NCBI GenBank assembly: GCA_036504755.1
Contig: DASXUP010000009.1
Coordinates: forward strand, 35,631 to 99,630
Direction: 5' to 3'
Length of the DNA: 64,000 nucleotides
DNA from: Coriobacteriia bacterium
GTDB taxonomy: Bacteria > Actinomycetota > Coriobacteriia > Anaerosomatales > JAJZPX01
The notes under the pieces were generated by a model, which saw only the letters and a list, made by a program, of their open reading frames with translations, was not told the origin of the DNA and did no database searches. A program made the position numbers and the translations under genes. This document shows, piece after piece, positions 35,914 to 45,244 of this stretch; positions within the stretch are counted from its first letter, which is position 1, and each line of letters starts with the position of its first letter.

Positions 35914-37061
35914 CGAAGCTGCTGATGGTGGCGACCGTGCCCGTGACGTTCGAGGCATTCCTGATGCCGTTCGCCCGGCACTTCCGCGCGCGGGGCTGGA
36001 CGGTGGACGGCATGGCGGCGGGCTTGCCGGACTCGCCCGCCGCCGAGGGGCTGGACCGCGCGTGGGACGCGGCGTGGAGCCGCAACCCGCTAGAACCCTC
36101 GAACCTGCGCTCGGCGCGCGGGATCGCTAAGATCGTCGCCGCCCAGCGTTACGACCTGGTGCACGTTCACACGCCCGTCGCGGGCTTCGTGACGCGCTGG
36201 GCCCTCCGTCGCCGCCCGCCCGAGGTGCGCCTCGCGTACACCGCGCACGGCTTCCACTTCGCGCCGGGGCTGCACCCGCTGCGCAACGCCGTCTTCTTCG
36301 GCATCGAGAGCCTCGCCTGCCGATGGACCGACGAGCTGGTCGTGATCAACTCCGATGACGCCGAGGTGGCGCGGCGCCACCACATGCTGCCTCCGGAGCG
36401 CGTGCGCCTGGTGCCCGGGATCGGCGTGGACGTCGAGAGGTTCGACCGAGCGAGCGTGCCCGCGCAGGACGTGCGCGAGGTGCGCGAGCGGCTAGGGCTC
36501 GGCCCGGAGACCCCGCTCCTCACGATGGTCGCGGAGTTCACCCCGAACAAGCGCCACGCGCACGTGCTGCGCGCGCTCGCGCGCGCGCGCGAGCCCGTGC
36601 ACGTGGCCTTCGCCGGTGACGGCCCGACGCTGGAGGCCTCGCGCCGCCTCGCGGCCGGGCTGGGCGTCGCGGGGCGCGCCCACTTCCTCGGGTGGTGCGA
36701 GGACGTGAGGCCGCTCGTGGCCGCCTCGGCAGCCACGGTGCTCTTCTCGGCTCGCGAGGGCCTCCCGCGCTCCTCGATGGAGTCGCTGGCGATGGAGGTC
36801 CCGGTCATCGGCGCGGACGTCCGAGGTCTGCGCGACCTCCTCGGCGAAGGGGCGGGGGTGCTCGTGCCCGCGGGCGACGTCGGCGCGCTCGCCTCGGCCA
36901 TCGACGAGCTCGTGCGGGACCCCGCCGGCGCCGCCGGGATGGGCCGCGAGGGGCGGCGGATGATGTGCGGCCGGTACTCCCTGCGCGCGATCCTCGCCGA
37001 GTACGACGCGCTGTACGCGGACATGCTCGCGGCGCGTGAGGGAGCCGCACCCACCGCGTGA
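35910..37061 (+). CDS. Glycosyltransferase family 4
   Basis: Frame of ORF 35655..37061 from ATG 35910 (ATGA overlap). Sequence SAREGLPRSSMESLAMEVPVIGADVRGLRD. Confidence 0.75.
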   Translation: MTKLLMVATVPVTFEAFLMPFARHFRARGWTVDGMAAGLPDSPAAEGLDRAWDAAWSRNPLEPSNLRSARGIAKIVAAQRYDLVHVHTPVAGFVTRWALRRRPPEVRLAYTAHGFHFAPGLHPLRNAVFFGIESLACRWTDELVVINSDDAEVARRHHMLPPERVRLVPGIGVDVERFDRASVPAQDVREVRERLGLGPETPLLTMVAEFTPNKRHAHVLRALARAREPVHVAFAGDGPTLEASRRLAAGLGVAGRAHFLGWCEDVRPLVAASAATVLFSAREGLPRSSMESLAMEVPVIGADVRGLRDLLGEGAGVLVPAGDVGALASAIDELVRDPAGAAGMGREGRRMMCGRYSLRAILAEYDALYADMLAAREGAAPTA

Positions 37062-37172
37062 CCGCCGCGCTCGTCCCGTACTCGTCACGAGGCCGCCTCG
37101 AGATGCCGATACTAACGTCGGACGGCGCCGTGACCCGGCGCCGGGACCCGCAACGGATCCGGAGGCGACCGC

Positions 37173-40118
37173 ATGAGCGCGCGCGAGGCTCTGACTAGGC
37201 GCAGGCCCGGAGCAGGGCTTCTGCTCCGGGCGGCACTCGCACTCGCGCTCCTGCAGTCCGCGGCCGCACCGTGGACGCCGCTGCGGGCCGAGAAGGCCGC
37301 CGCCGCGCCGGCGAACACCGTCTACGTTCGCGACCTCGGCGCGACGGGCGACGGCGTCACGAACGACTCGGCGGCGATCCAGACCGCCGTGAAGTACGGC
37401 CCCACGCCGCGTACGGTCGTGTTCACGCCGGGGCGCTACGTGTTCTCGGGCGTGTGGGTGACCGGCGACACGGCCATGGTGTTCGAGCAGGGCGCGACCG
37501 CCGTGTCGCCGCCGGGCTCCACCGCCACCGACTTCTTCTTCGCGCCGGTGGGCAACGCGACCGCGCCGGTGCGCAACGTGCGGCTGGAGGGCGGCGTGTT
37601 CGAGGGGCGGCCCGTCATCGGCGGTGTCGTCCTCGCGACGTGCGTTCAGAACCTGAGCGTCGACGGGATCCACAGCATCAACGTGAAGAAGGCGGTCGCG
37701 ACGAACCGCAGCGACCACGTGCTCGTCACGGACTGCACGGCCGAGCACGGGCTGTTCGGGTTCGCGTTCCAGGAGACGACCCACGTCGAGGTCTACAGGT
37801 GCTCGGTCCGCGACACGCTGCGCGACGGCATCATCTTCTATGGCCGGAGCAGCGAGATCACCGCCTCGGAGAACCTCGTGCAGGAGTACATGAACGAGGA
37901 CTGGGACGGCTGCGCCGGCATCCAGATGTACGGCTCGACCGTGGGCACGATAACGAACAACGTCGTCCTCGACGGCAGACACAACTCGGCCGGCATCAGG
38001 TTCCGCGACTCCGAGGTCTTCTGGTGCGAGGGCAACTACGTGGTCTCACCAGGCGGTAGCGGGTACCAGGTGCACCGCCTCGGCGACTTCCCCGGGCTCA
38101 ACGGCGGCAACGGGACGATCATCCACAACACGGTCGTCCTCGCCCGCCTGCGCGCGTTCGACGTCCCCTATCCGCTGCTGAAGCCGGTGCGCGTCATCGA
38201 CAACGTGGCGCTCGACACGTACAGCGCGTTCGCCGGCAAGGCGGGCATCGGGATACTCGCCGTGCCGAGCGGCTCGGTGGTGATCGGCAACAGGGTGCTG
38301 TTCTCCACCGGGGCGGGCATGCACATCTCTGGGGACTCGCAGGTCATCGGGTGGAACGAGGTGCGCGACCCGGCGTCGGTGCGTTACGGCGCGCTGGCCG
38401 GGCTGTACGCGTCGGGCGCCGGCGAGGTCCTCGTCTCGAACATACTCACGGACGCCTACGGTCACATGAACTGGGGGCTGCTCCTCTACAGCGGCAGCGC
38501 CCTCGTCCGCGGGAACGCGATCTCCGGGGCGACTCTCTCGCCCTACGACATCCGAGGCACGCAGCTCGCATCCGTCCGCGGCGACGTGACGCCGCCCGCG
38601 GTCTCGCTCTCGGTGGCATCCCGCGCTCCTGCCGAGGCAGTCGTGCGCGCGGCCGCGTCGGACGGCCGGTCCCCGGTCGCGGCGATACGCGTCTCCGTCG
38701 ACGGGGCGCCGGCCGGGTGGTACCAGGGCGCCTCGGCGGACATCCCGGTGCGCGGCGAGGGCACGCACACCGTCACGTGCTCGGCCGCGGACATCGCGGG
38801 CAACCTGTCGACGCCGGTCTCGCTGACCGTGGTGGTCGACCCCGGGGCGCTCGCCGCCGTCCCGACGACCACGACCGCGTTCTTCCGCGGCACTCTGGCG
38901 GGGTCGCTGTCGCCTCCGTCGGGCGAGAAGGTCACGCTGATGGCCGTCGTCCGGGACTCCTCCGGCCTGCCGGTGCACAGTGCGGCGCCCGTGGAGCTCG
39001 AGCAGCAGGCCGCCGCCGGCTGGGTGAAGGTCGCGACCGTCTCCGCCTCGACCGACGGCGCCGCGGTGTACACGTTCACGGCTGACACGGCGGCGACGTA
39101 CCGCTTCCGCTTCGCGGGCGACGGCGCGCTGGCGGCGAGCGTGAGCCCGCCGCTCAAGGTGACGCCGATCCGCTACATGACCGTGGCCGGCCTCGACCGC
39201 TACGCGACCGCGATCCAGATCTCGAGGAGCACGTTCGCGACGGCGAGCACGGTGCTCGTCGCTACCGGCGCGAACTTCCCCGACGCGCTAGGGTCGGCGG
39301 CGCTCGCGGGCGCATGCGGCGCGCCCATCCTGCTGGCCCGCCCGGGCTTCCCGCTCAGCACGCAGCTGACCGACGAGATCCGGCGGCTGGGCGCCAGGCG
39401 CGCCGTCATCCTCGGCAGCACGTCGGTCGTGTCCTGGGGAATCGAGCGCAGCTTGCGAGGGATGCTGGGGTGGGGCAACGTCACGCGACTCGGCGGTGCC
39501 GACCGCTACGACACGGCGAGGAAAGTCGCGGCCGCCACCGTGAGCGAGCTGGCGGCCAAGGGGACGCCCTTCGGCGGAACGGCGTTCGTGGTGACGGGTG
39601 CGGGGTTCGCCGACGCCGCGGTCACCGCGCCGGTCGCGTACCGAGCAGGATGCCCGATATTCCTCGTGGGCCCGGCAGGCCTCACGCAGGCCACGCGCGA
39701 CTCGATGGCCGCGGCCGGCGTCACTCGAGTCTACATCGTCGGATCCGCGGCGAGCGTCGGCGCCGCCACGGAGAGCGCGCTGCGCTCTTGGCTGGGCGCC
39801 GCCAACGTGGTGCGCACGTCCGGAGCGAACGCGCCTGCGACGTCGGTCGCGTTCGGCGGTCTCGCCGAGAGCCTCGGGATGAGGTGGGACGGTCTCGCGA
39901 TCTCCACGAGCGCGAACTTCCCGGACGCGTTGGCTGTGGCGCCGCTGCAGGCCCGGGTGGGCGCCGTCCTGCTGCTGACGCCGCCGACCGGGCTCGACCC
40001 CGCGGTCGCCTCGGCGCTCCGCTCCCGCCGAGGCACGATCTCGGCCGTGCGGTTCGTCGGAGGGCTGCCGGCCGTGCCCCAAGCCGTGCGCGACGCGGTC
40101 GCCGCGTCGCTCAGGTAG
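37173..40118 (+). CDS. Secreted surface protein: right-handed beta-helix (pectate-lyase-superfamily-like) plus Ig-like domains plus 3 C-terminal CWB2 cell-wall-binding repeats
   Basis: ORF track 37173..40118. Signal peptide LLLRAALALALLQSAAA. N-terminal NTVYVRDLGATGDGVTNDSAAIQTAV. CWB2 repeats at about nt 39170-40115: GLDRYATAIQIS..VLVATGANFPDALGSAALAG..GAPILL; GADRYDTARKVA..FVVTGAGFADAAVTAPVAYRAGCPIFLV; LAISTSANFPDALAVAPLQARVGAVLLLT. Confidence 0.8.
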   Translation: MSAREALTRRRPGAGLLLRAALALALLQSAAAPWTPLRAEKAAAAPANTVYVRDLGATGDGVTNDSAAIQTAVKYGPTPRTVVFTPGRYVFSGVWVTGDTAMVFEQGATAVSPPGSTATDFFFAPVGNATAPVRNVRLEGGVFEGRPVIGGVVLATCVQNLSVDGIHSINVKKAVATNRSDHVLVTDCTAEHGLFGFAFQETTHVEVYRCSVRDTLRDGIIFYGRSSEITASENLVQEYMNEDWDGCAGIQMYGSTVGTITNNVVLDGRHNSAGIRFRDSEVFWCEGNYVVSPGGSGYQVHRLGDFPGLNGGNGTIIHNTVVLARLRAFDVPYPLLKPVRVIDNVALDTYSAFAGKAGIGILAVPSGSVVIGNRVLFSTGAGMHISGDSQVIGWNEVRDPASVRYGALAGLYASGAGEVLVSNILTDAYGHMNWGLLLYSGSALVRGNAISGATLSPYDIRGTQLASVRGDVTPPAVSLSVASRAPAEAVVRAAASDGRSPVAAIRVSVDGAPAGWYQGASADIPVRGEGTHTVTCSAADIAGNLSTPVSLTVVVDPGALAAVPTTTTAFFRGTLAGSLSPPSGEKVTLMAVVRDSSGLPVHSAAPVELEQQAAAGWVKVATVSASTDGAAVYTFTADTAATYRFRFAGDGALAASVSPPLKVTPIRYMTVAGLDRYATAIQISRSTFATASTVLVATGANFPDALGSAALAGACGAPILLARPGFPLSTQLTDEIRRLGARRAVILGSTSVVSWGIERSLRGMLGWGNVTRLGGADRYDTARKVAAATVSELAAKGTPFGGTAFVVTGAGFADAAVTAPVAYRAGCPIFLVGPAGLTQATRDSMAAAGVTRVYIVGSAASVGAATESALRSWLGAANVVRTSGANAPATSVAFGGLAESLGMRWDGLAISTSANFPDALAVAPLQARVGAVLLLTPPTGLDPAVASALRSRRGTISAVRFVGGLPAVPQAVRDAVAASLR

Positions 40119-41397
40119 CCTCGGCAGCTGCCGGCGGGTCGCTGCCCGGCGCCTCGGCGGCGATCGTGCCGACCGCGGGCCAGAAGAGCGCGAGCGCGGG
40201 CACGTACAGCGCCGAGGTCTGGCTGAGGCCGCTCACCGCGACCAGGACGACCAGCGGCCCGAGAGCCGCGTGCAGTGCCGATCGCCGCCGCCAGAAGTAC
40301 GCCGAGGCCAGCGTGCCCGCGTACGCGAGGAGGAGCAGCAGGCCGCCCTGCAGGAGCATCGTGATGTAGTCGTTGTCGGTGAACGTCGAGATCGCCATCT
40401 GCGGCGGACCCAGCGAACCGATCGGATGCGCCGCCCAGAAGCCCACCGCCTTCGCCCAGGCGCCGACGCGGGCATCGACGTTCACATCCCCGGGCGCACC
40501 CCGCAGCAGGAGGGCGGGAAGCGTGAGCCAGCGGCGGAAGACGCGCAGGTACATCTCCCCCGCGACGGCCGCCAGCAGGAAGTGGGCGCCGACCGCGGTC
40601 GCGAGGCCGCCGACCGCCACCGTCACCCGGCGGCGCACGTCGAGGGTGCGGAAGGCTCGCACGACCGGGGGCAAGGCGAGCAGCAGCAGCGCCAGCACGA
40701 CCCCGCGCGACGCGCCGAGGAACACGATGCCCGCCGCCGGAACGGCCAGGACCGCGCGCCGGGCGCGCGTGATCGGAAGCGTGAGTGCGAGCACGAGCAG
40801 CATCCCGCCCAGCAGCGAGTACGGGTTCGGGTTGTGGTAGAGGCCTTCGCTCCTGCCGACGATATTCCTCACGCCCATGTCCACAGCCGAGGCGGTGTCC
40901 CACGACTGGAGCCATCTCTGTGGCGCCGTCGCGACCAGCCCCGAGTACAGGAGGGCCTGCATCAGGCCGGCCACGAACTGCACCCAAGCGACGGCCGCGA
41001 GCGACCGGAACAGCCACTCGTCCCCCGCCTCCGCCCGGCCGCCCAAGAGCGCCCCGACGCCCGCCAGCACCGCCACCGACAGCGGCACGGTCGCGGCGAA
41101 CGCGGTATGGACGGGATACCCGGCCAGGGGGCCCGCCAGCGACAGCAGCGCCCAGAGGCCGGCGAATGCCAGCAACCACGGCAACCTCGGCAGGCGGGCC
41201 AGCAGCGCCGCTCTCGCCCGCGGGTGCGAGGCCAGCATCGCGGCCACGAGCAGGAGAGTCACGACGCCCCCGATGCGCACGGCGTTCCCAGGCTCCCTGG
41301 GCACGTACAGCCGATCGCCGAAGAGCGCGTAGACCGCGAGCCACGACAGCAGCACGGCCCTCCATCGAGCGGAGAGGACTGACCCGTCGCCGGTCAC
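40111..41397 (-). CDS. O-antigen ligase/polymerase-family (Wzy-like) polytopic membrane protein
   Basis: ORF 40111..41652 (-) from GTG 41397 (GTGA overlap with the upstream flippase gene). At least 10 predicted TM helices. EGLYHNPNPYSLLGGML lies in a loop. Confidence 0.7.
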   Translation of the reverse strand: MTGDGSVLSARWRAVLLSWLAVYALFGDRLYVPREPGNAVRIGGVVTLLLVAAMLASHPRARAALLARLPRLPWLLAFAGLWALLSLAGPLAGYPVHTAFAATVPLSVAVLAGVGALLGGRAEAGDEWLFRSLAAVAWVQFVAGLMQALLYSGLVATAPQRWLQSWDTASAVDMGVRNIVGRSEGLYHNPNPYSLLGGMLLVLALTLPITRARRAVLAVPAAGIVFLGASRGVVLALLLLALPPVVRAFRTLDVRRRVTVAVGGLATAVGAHFLLAAVAGEMYLRVFRRWLTLPALLLRGAPGDVNVDARVGAWAKAVGFWAAHPIGSLGPPQMAISTFTDNDYITMLLQGGLLLLLAYAGTLASAYFWRRRSALHAALGPLVVLVAVSGLSQTSALYVPALALFWPAVGTIAAEAPGSDPPAAAEAT

Positions 41398-42680
41398 GCC
41401 GCCGACCTCGTCTCGGACGGAGCCGTCTTCGCCAGTCTCGTGTACCACCACAGCTGGAAAAGGCCCACGCACACGCCCGCCACGCTGAACGCCGCGACTG
41501 CCGTCGCCGGACCGCCGAGGTAGGCGCCCGCGCCGAGGGCGATGAAGCGCAGGGCGGTGTCGACGAGGTTGAGGCGCAGCGCCGCGGGCTGGCGCCCGGT
41601 CACCACGGGCAGAAGGCTGACCGGGGAAAGCACGAAGTTGAGCAGCAGCCACGGCGCGAGGATCCGCGCGAACTCACCGGACGGCCGCCACGGGGCGCCG
41701 AAGACGAAGGCGAACAGCCACGGGCCCGCCGCCAGCAGCGTCAGGTAGATCGGCACACCGGCTGCCAGCAGCCCCAGCATAGTCTTGCGGACCTGGCGCA
41801 CGATGTCTCGGCCGTTGGCGATCTCGTCGCTGGTGCGCTGGTAGAACACCTGCGCGACGGACTGCCCCATCAGGCTGGTGGGCGCTCGCGATATCCGCAG
41901 CGTCTGCGCGAGCAGGCCGGTGGCGGCTGGGCCGAAGAGCGCGGAGAACGCCAGCATCGTGCCGCTCTCGCGCGCCGTGTCGATGAGCGCGTTCGCGCTG
42001 TTCACCGTGGGGAACTCGACGAAGCTGCGCGCGGTGGACCGCAGGGACGCCAGCGAGCCCGGCATCAGCTCCCGGTACTCGGCGGTGGACAGGGACCGCG
42101 ACAGCATGACGAGCCCCACGAAGTAGCCGGCCACCAGCGACACGATGAGCCCGCTCGGCACCGCGTGGCCGAGACCGAAGGCTATCGCGAGCGCGCCGGT
42201 CGCGATGCCCTGCGCCGCCCGCGCCCTGCCGATGACGCCGAACCGGCGCTTCCGGGTGAGCCAGTAGCTGAACGATTGGGACGCCGAGGCGAAGACGGTA
42301 CCGAGCGGGAGCGCGATCAGGACGGTCGCCGACAGCCCGCGATACACGGCGTCGAGAGGCACGGTCGCCACCACGACCCCAGCGATGCCCAGCAGCACCG
42401 CCGACGAGACGAGCGCCGCGACTAGCGACAGCACCAGCAGCTCGAACGCGGTCCGGTCGGATGCGGGGATGGGGATGGCGATCTCGAAGCGGCCGGAGAC
42501 TATGAGCGACAGCCCGAGCACCAGCGCGGTGAACACGCCGAACTCGCCGAACGCCTCGAGGGAGTAGAGCCGGGTGAGGACCGGCGACACCAGGACCGGG
42601 ACCATCTGGGCTATCCCGTTGCCTGTCAATAACTGCGCGATATGAGTGAGGGAAGGGAAGCGACGGAGGCGATGCAGCAT
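41394..42680 (-). CDS. wzx: Polysaccharide flippase, MOP/Wzx family
   Basis: ORF track 41394..42680 (-). N-terminal LTGNGIAQMVPVLVSPVLTRLYSLEAFGEFGVF is typical of Wzx-type oligosaccharide flippases. About 12 TM helices. Confidence 0.8.
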   Translation of the reverse strand: MLHRLRRFPSLTHIAQLLTGNGIAQMVPVLVSPVLTRLYSLEAFGEFGVFTALVLGLSLIVSGRFEIAIPIPASDRTAFELLVLSLVAALVSSAVLLGIAGVVVATVPLDAVYRGLSATVLIALPLGTVFASASQSFSYWLTRKRRFGVIGRARAAQGIATGALAIAFGLGHAVPSGLIVSLVAGYFVGLVMLSRSLSTAEYRELMPGSLASLRSTARSFVEFPTVNSANALIDTARESGTMLAFSALFGPAATGLLAQTLRISRAPTSLMGQSVAQVFYQRTSDEIANGRDIVRQVRKTMLGLLAAGVPIYLTLLAAGPWLFAFVFGAPWRPSGEFARILAPWLLLNFVLSPVSLLPVVTGRQPAALRLNLVDTALRFIALGAGAYLGGPATAVAAFSVAGVCVGLFQLWWYTRLAKTAPSETRSAA

Positions 42681-42794
42681 CTCACTCGTTCTCGTCGGGC
42701 GCCTCCGGACAACGGCTCGGTTACCGATCCCGTCGGGCCATGCGATAATCAGTGACTATACACCATGGTCCGACCCCTTTCGGAGGCTCCCGCG

Positions 42795-43826
42795 ATGGAT
42801 GACACAGAAGCGATGACCCGCGTAGAGATACGCCGTCGCGGCGCCGGTCCGGGGAGGACGGGCACGAAGAGCCGGATGGACCCCAAGAAGCGCAAGGTCC
42901 TCAAGTGGGTCGCCGTCGGCGCCGCGGTCATCGTCCTCGCCCTGGTCGGATTCGCGGTCGCGCAATACATGAGCATCGGGTCCAAGATGCAGCCGCCGAA
43001 GCAGGAGCGGGCCCGGATCCAGGCCGTGCTCGACGCCCCTCCGGCGCAGGAGAAGTCGCCGTTCGTGTACGTCCTGCTCCTGGGGAACGACCATCATCCG
43101 GGCGAGAGATGGACAAGGACGGACACCATCCTGCTCGCGCGGCTCGACACCCGCGACAAGGCCGTCCTCATGCTGTCGATCCCGCGCGACACCTACACCG
43201 AGGTCCGGGGACACGGGCTCACGAAGATCAACGGCGCCTCATCGTGGGGAGGGGTCCCGCTCACCATCGAGACGGTCAAGCGTTTCACCGGCCTTCCGGT
43301 GAACCACTACGTCGAGATCGACTTCCAGGGCTTCCAGCAGGTGGTGGACGACCTCGGGGGGGTCGACATGTACGTGAGCAGGCCCGTCAACTACGGGAAC
43401 GGGATCTCGGTGCACGCCGGTCAGCAGCACCTGAACGGGACCGAGGCGCTGGAGGTCATGCGAAACCGCCACGCATACGGCGACGGGGACTTCGCGAGGA
43501 TGAACAACCAGCAGCTGTTCCTGAAGTCCATCGCGCGCAAGATGGCGGCGCCGAGCAGCCTCGTGAAGCTCCCCGGCGCGCTCAACGCCGTCGCCGACCA
43601 CGTGCAGAGCGACCTCAGCGCGTCGGACATGATCTCGCTCGTGCGCGACTACCGAGTCGCCGACAGCAGCAAGGTGAAGAGCTACACGATACCGGGCCAG
43701 CCGAAGATGATCGACAAGGTGTCCTACATCGTCCCGGACATGGCGAGGGCCAAGGCGCTGTTCGACGCGATCCGCGCGGGGCAGATCCCGCCGGCGTCCC
43801 TCGGTTACCGGATGGGCATCGACTAG
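42795..43826 (+). CDS. LytR-CpsA-Psr (LCP) family cell-wall glycopolymer ligase
   Basis: Frame of ORF 42765..43826. ATG 42795 is preferred (GGAGG 8 nt upstream); 42765 is possible. Motifs RTDTILLARLD, LSIPRDTY and NHYVEIDFQGFQQVVDDLGGVDMYV. Confidence 0.85.
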   Translation: MDDTEAMTRVEIRRRGAGPGRTGTKSRMDPKKRKVLKWVAVGAAVIVLALVGFAVAQYMSIGSKMQPPKQERARIQAVLDAPPAQEKSPFVYVLLLGNDHHPGERWTRTDTILLARLDTRDKAVLMLSIPRDTYTEVRGHGLTKINGASSWGGVPLTIETVKRFTGLPVNHYVEIDFQGFQQVVDDLGGVDMYVSRPVNYGNGISVHAGQQHLNGTEALEVMRNRHAYGDGDFARMNNQQLFLKSIARKMAAPSSLVKLPGALNAVADHVQSDLSASDMISLVRDYRVADSSKVKSYTIPGQPKMIDKVSYIVPDMARAKALFDAIRAGQIPPASLGYRMGID

Positions 43827-43827
43827 C

Positions 43828-43841
43828 GGGCCGGTCCTAGA
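43828..43841 (+). repeat. Right copy of the short direct repeat flanking the 17-kb segment
   Basis: GGGCCGGTCCTAGA. It overlaps the sdaAB stop codon (43837-43839, minus strand). Confidence 0.5.
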
Positions 43842-44508
43842 CCGCCGGTACGCTCCGCACGGACAGCACGTCGTGCACGCGGCAGACCGCGTCGACCGTC
43901 TCGGGGTCGACCGCCTGGTCGGTCTCGATGAGCATCAGCGCCCGCGCCCCGCGTCGCTCGCGGCTCACACGCATGCCCGCTATGTTCACGCCCGCCTCGG
44001 CGAGCACCGCGGACACGCCGGCTATGACCCCGGGACGGTCCGCGTGCTCGACGACGAGAACCGGCAGGTCGCCGCTCACCTCGACGTCGAAGTCGTCGAT
44101 GCGCGTCAGCACCACGTCGCCCCCGCCGACGGAGCAGCCCTGCACGAGCATCTCGCGCCCCTCGGCGTCGGTCAGATGGAACCGCGCGGTGTTCGGATGC
44201 GCCTCGCCGAGGTCCGCCGACTCGAAGGCGACCTCGAGGCCTGCGACCTTCGCCAAGCTCAGCGCCGTGACGATCCGCTCGTCGTCGGGGCTCATGCCGA
44301 GGAGCCCGGCGACCAGCGCGAGATCGGTGCCGTGGCCTGGCCCGGTGGAGGCGAAGCTGCCGTGCAGCAGGATGCGGGCGCGGGAGGGTGTGCCGCCGAA
44401 CACGGCGGCCGCGAGCCGGCCGAGACGCACCGCGCCGGCGGTATGCGACGAAGACGGCCCGATCATGACGGGCCCGACGATCTCGAAGACGCTCCTTATG
44501 CGTGACAC
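43837..44508 (-). CDS. sdaAB: L-serine ammonia-lyase (Fe-S dependent), beta subunit with ACT domain
   Basis: ORF 43837..44889 (-) from GTG 44508 (AGGAGG 6 nt upstream). Sequence SVFEIVGPVMIGPSSSHTAGAVRLG, with a C-terminal ACT-like segment LVVEHADRPGVIAGVSAVLAEAGVNIAGMRVSR. Confidence 0.9.
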   Translation of the reverse strand: MSRIRSVFEIVGPVMIGPSSSHTAGAVRLGRLAAAVFGGTPSRARILLHGSFASTGPGHGTDLALVAGLLGMSPDDERIVTALSLAKVAGLEVAFESADLGEAHPNTARFHLTDAEGREMLVQGCSVGGGDVVLTRIDDFDVEVSGDLPVLVVEHADRPGVIAGVSAVLAEAGVNIAGMRVSRERRGARALMLIETDQAVDPETVDAVCRVHDVLSVRSVPAV

Positions 44509-44637
44509 ACGTCGCCTCCTGGCCAATTGCGCTGCGTGCTGGCTTTCTTCTTGCTTTCTCGCTGCCCGGACACAGAGTATACTTGCGCATCGGCGCCTCG
44601 GCGTCATGTTCAGGCAAGCACAACGGAAGGGAAACGC

Positions 44638-45174
44638 ATGTCCAACCAGAAGATGATCATCGCCCTCCTCGGCGTGGTCGCGGTCCTGCTCGCCGTGATC
44701 GTCGGCGTGCTCGTCTTCAAGTCGCCGTCGTCCAGCGTCCCCGCGGTCGACACCACTGCGCTGCAGCAGCTGCCGTCGACGACGGGCACGGGAACCACCG
44801 GCGCTCCCACTGGGATGCCCGGCGCGACGCCGTCCGGCCCGTTCGATCCCGCGAAGGCCACGAAGGTCTCCGGCGACCCCAAGACGCATGTCGACAAGTA
44901 CTTCAGCGCGATCGTGAAGGGCGACTACGCCACCGCGTTCAAACTGCTGCCCGTCGACAAGCAGGCGCAGGGCGAGGAGGCGTTCGCCTCGCAGATCAAG
45001 GGCTACGGCATGTCGAAGTACGAGCTCGGCAAGGCCGACATCGGGACCGACAAGGCGACCGTCCAGGCGACGGTGCAGACGTCCGGCGGCCCGTTCACGT
45101 ACATCTGGTCGTTCGTGAAGTACAAGGGCGCGTGGGTGGTCGAGTCCCGCAAGATCGGCGGCATGGGCCAGTAG
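44638..45174 (+). CDS. Hypothetical membrane-anchored protein (TM helix, P/T/G-rich linker, small globular domain)
   Basis: Frame of ORF 44527..45174 from ATG 44638 (GGAAGGGA upstream). TM helix MIIALLGVVAVLLAVIVGVLVF. The C-terminal domain HVDKYFSAIVKGDYATAFKLL resembles DUF4878/NTF2-like lipoprotein domains (from memory, unverified). Confidence 0.55.
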   Translation: MSNQKMIIALLGVVAVLLAVIVGVLVFKSPSSSVPAVDTTALQQLPSTTGTGTTGAPTGMPGATPSGPFDPAKATKVSGDPKTHVDKYFSAIVKGDYATAFKLLPVDKQAQGEEAFASQIKGYGMSKYELGKADIGTDKATVQATVQTSGGPFTYIWSFVKYKGAWVVESRKIGGMGQ

Positions 45175-45197
45175 TCTTCGCTTAACCGATGAGTCGA

Positions 45198-45229
45198 AAC
45201 GGCGCCCCGGCGGAAACGTCGGGGCGCCG
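45198..45229 (+). terminator. Terminator-like hairpin
   Basis: ACGGCGCCCCG-(10 nt)-CGGGGCGCCGT, an 11-bp stem. The trailing T tract (GTGTTAGTG) is weak. Confidence 0.4.
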
Positions 45230-45244
45230 TGTTAGTGTGCTCCT

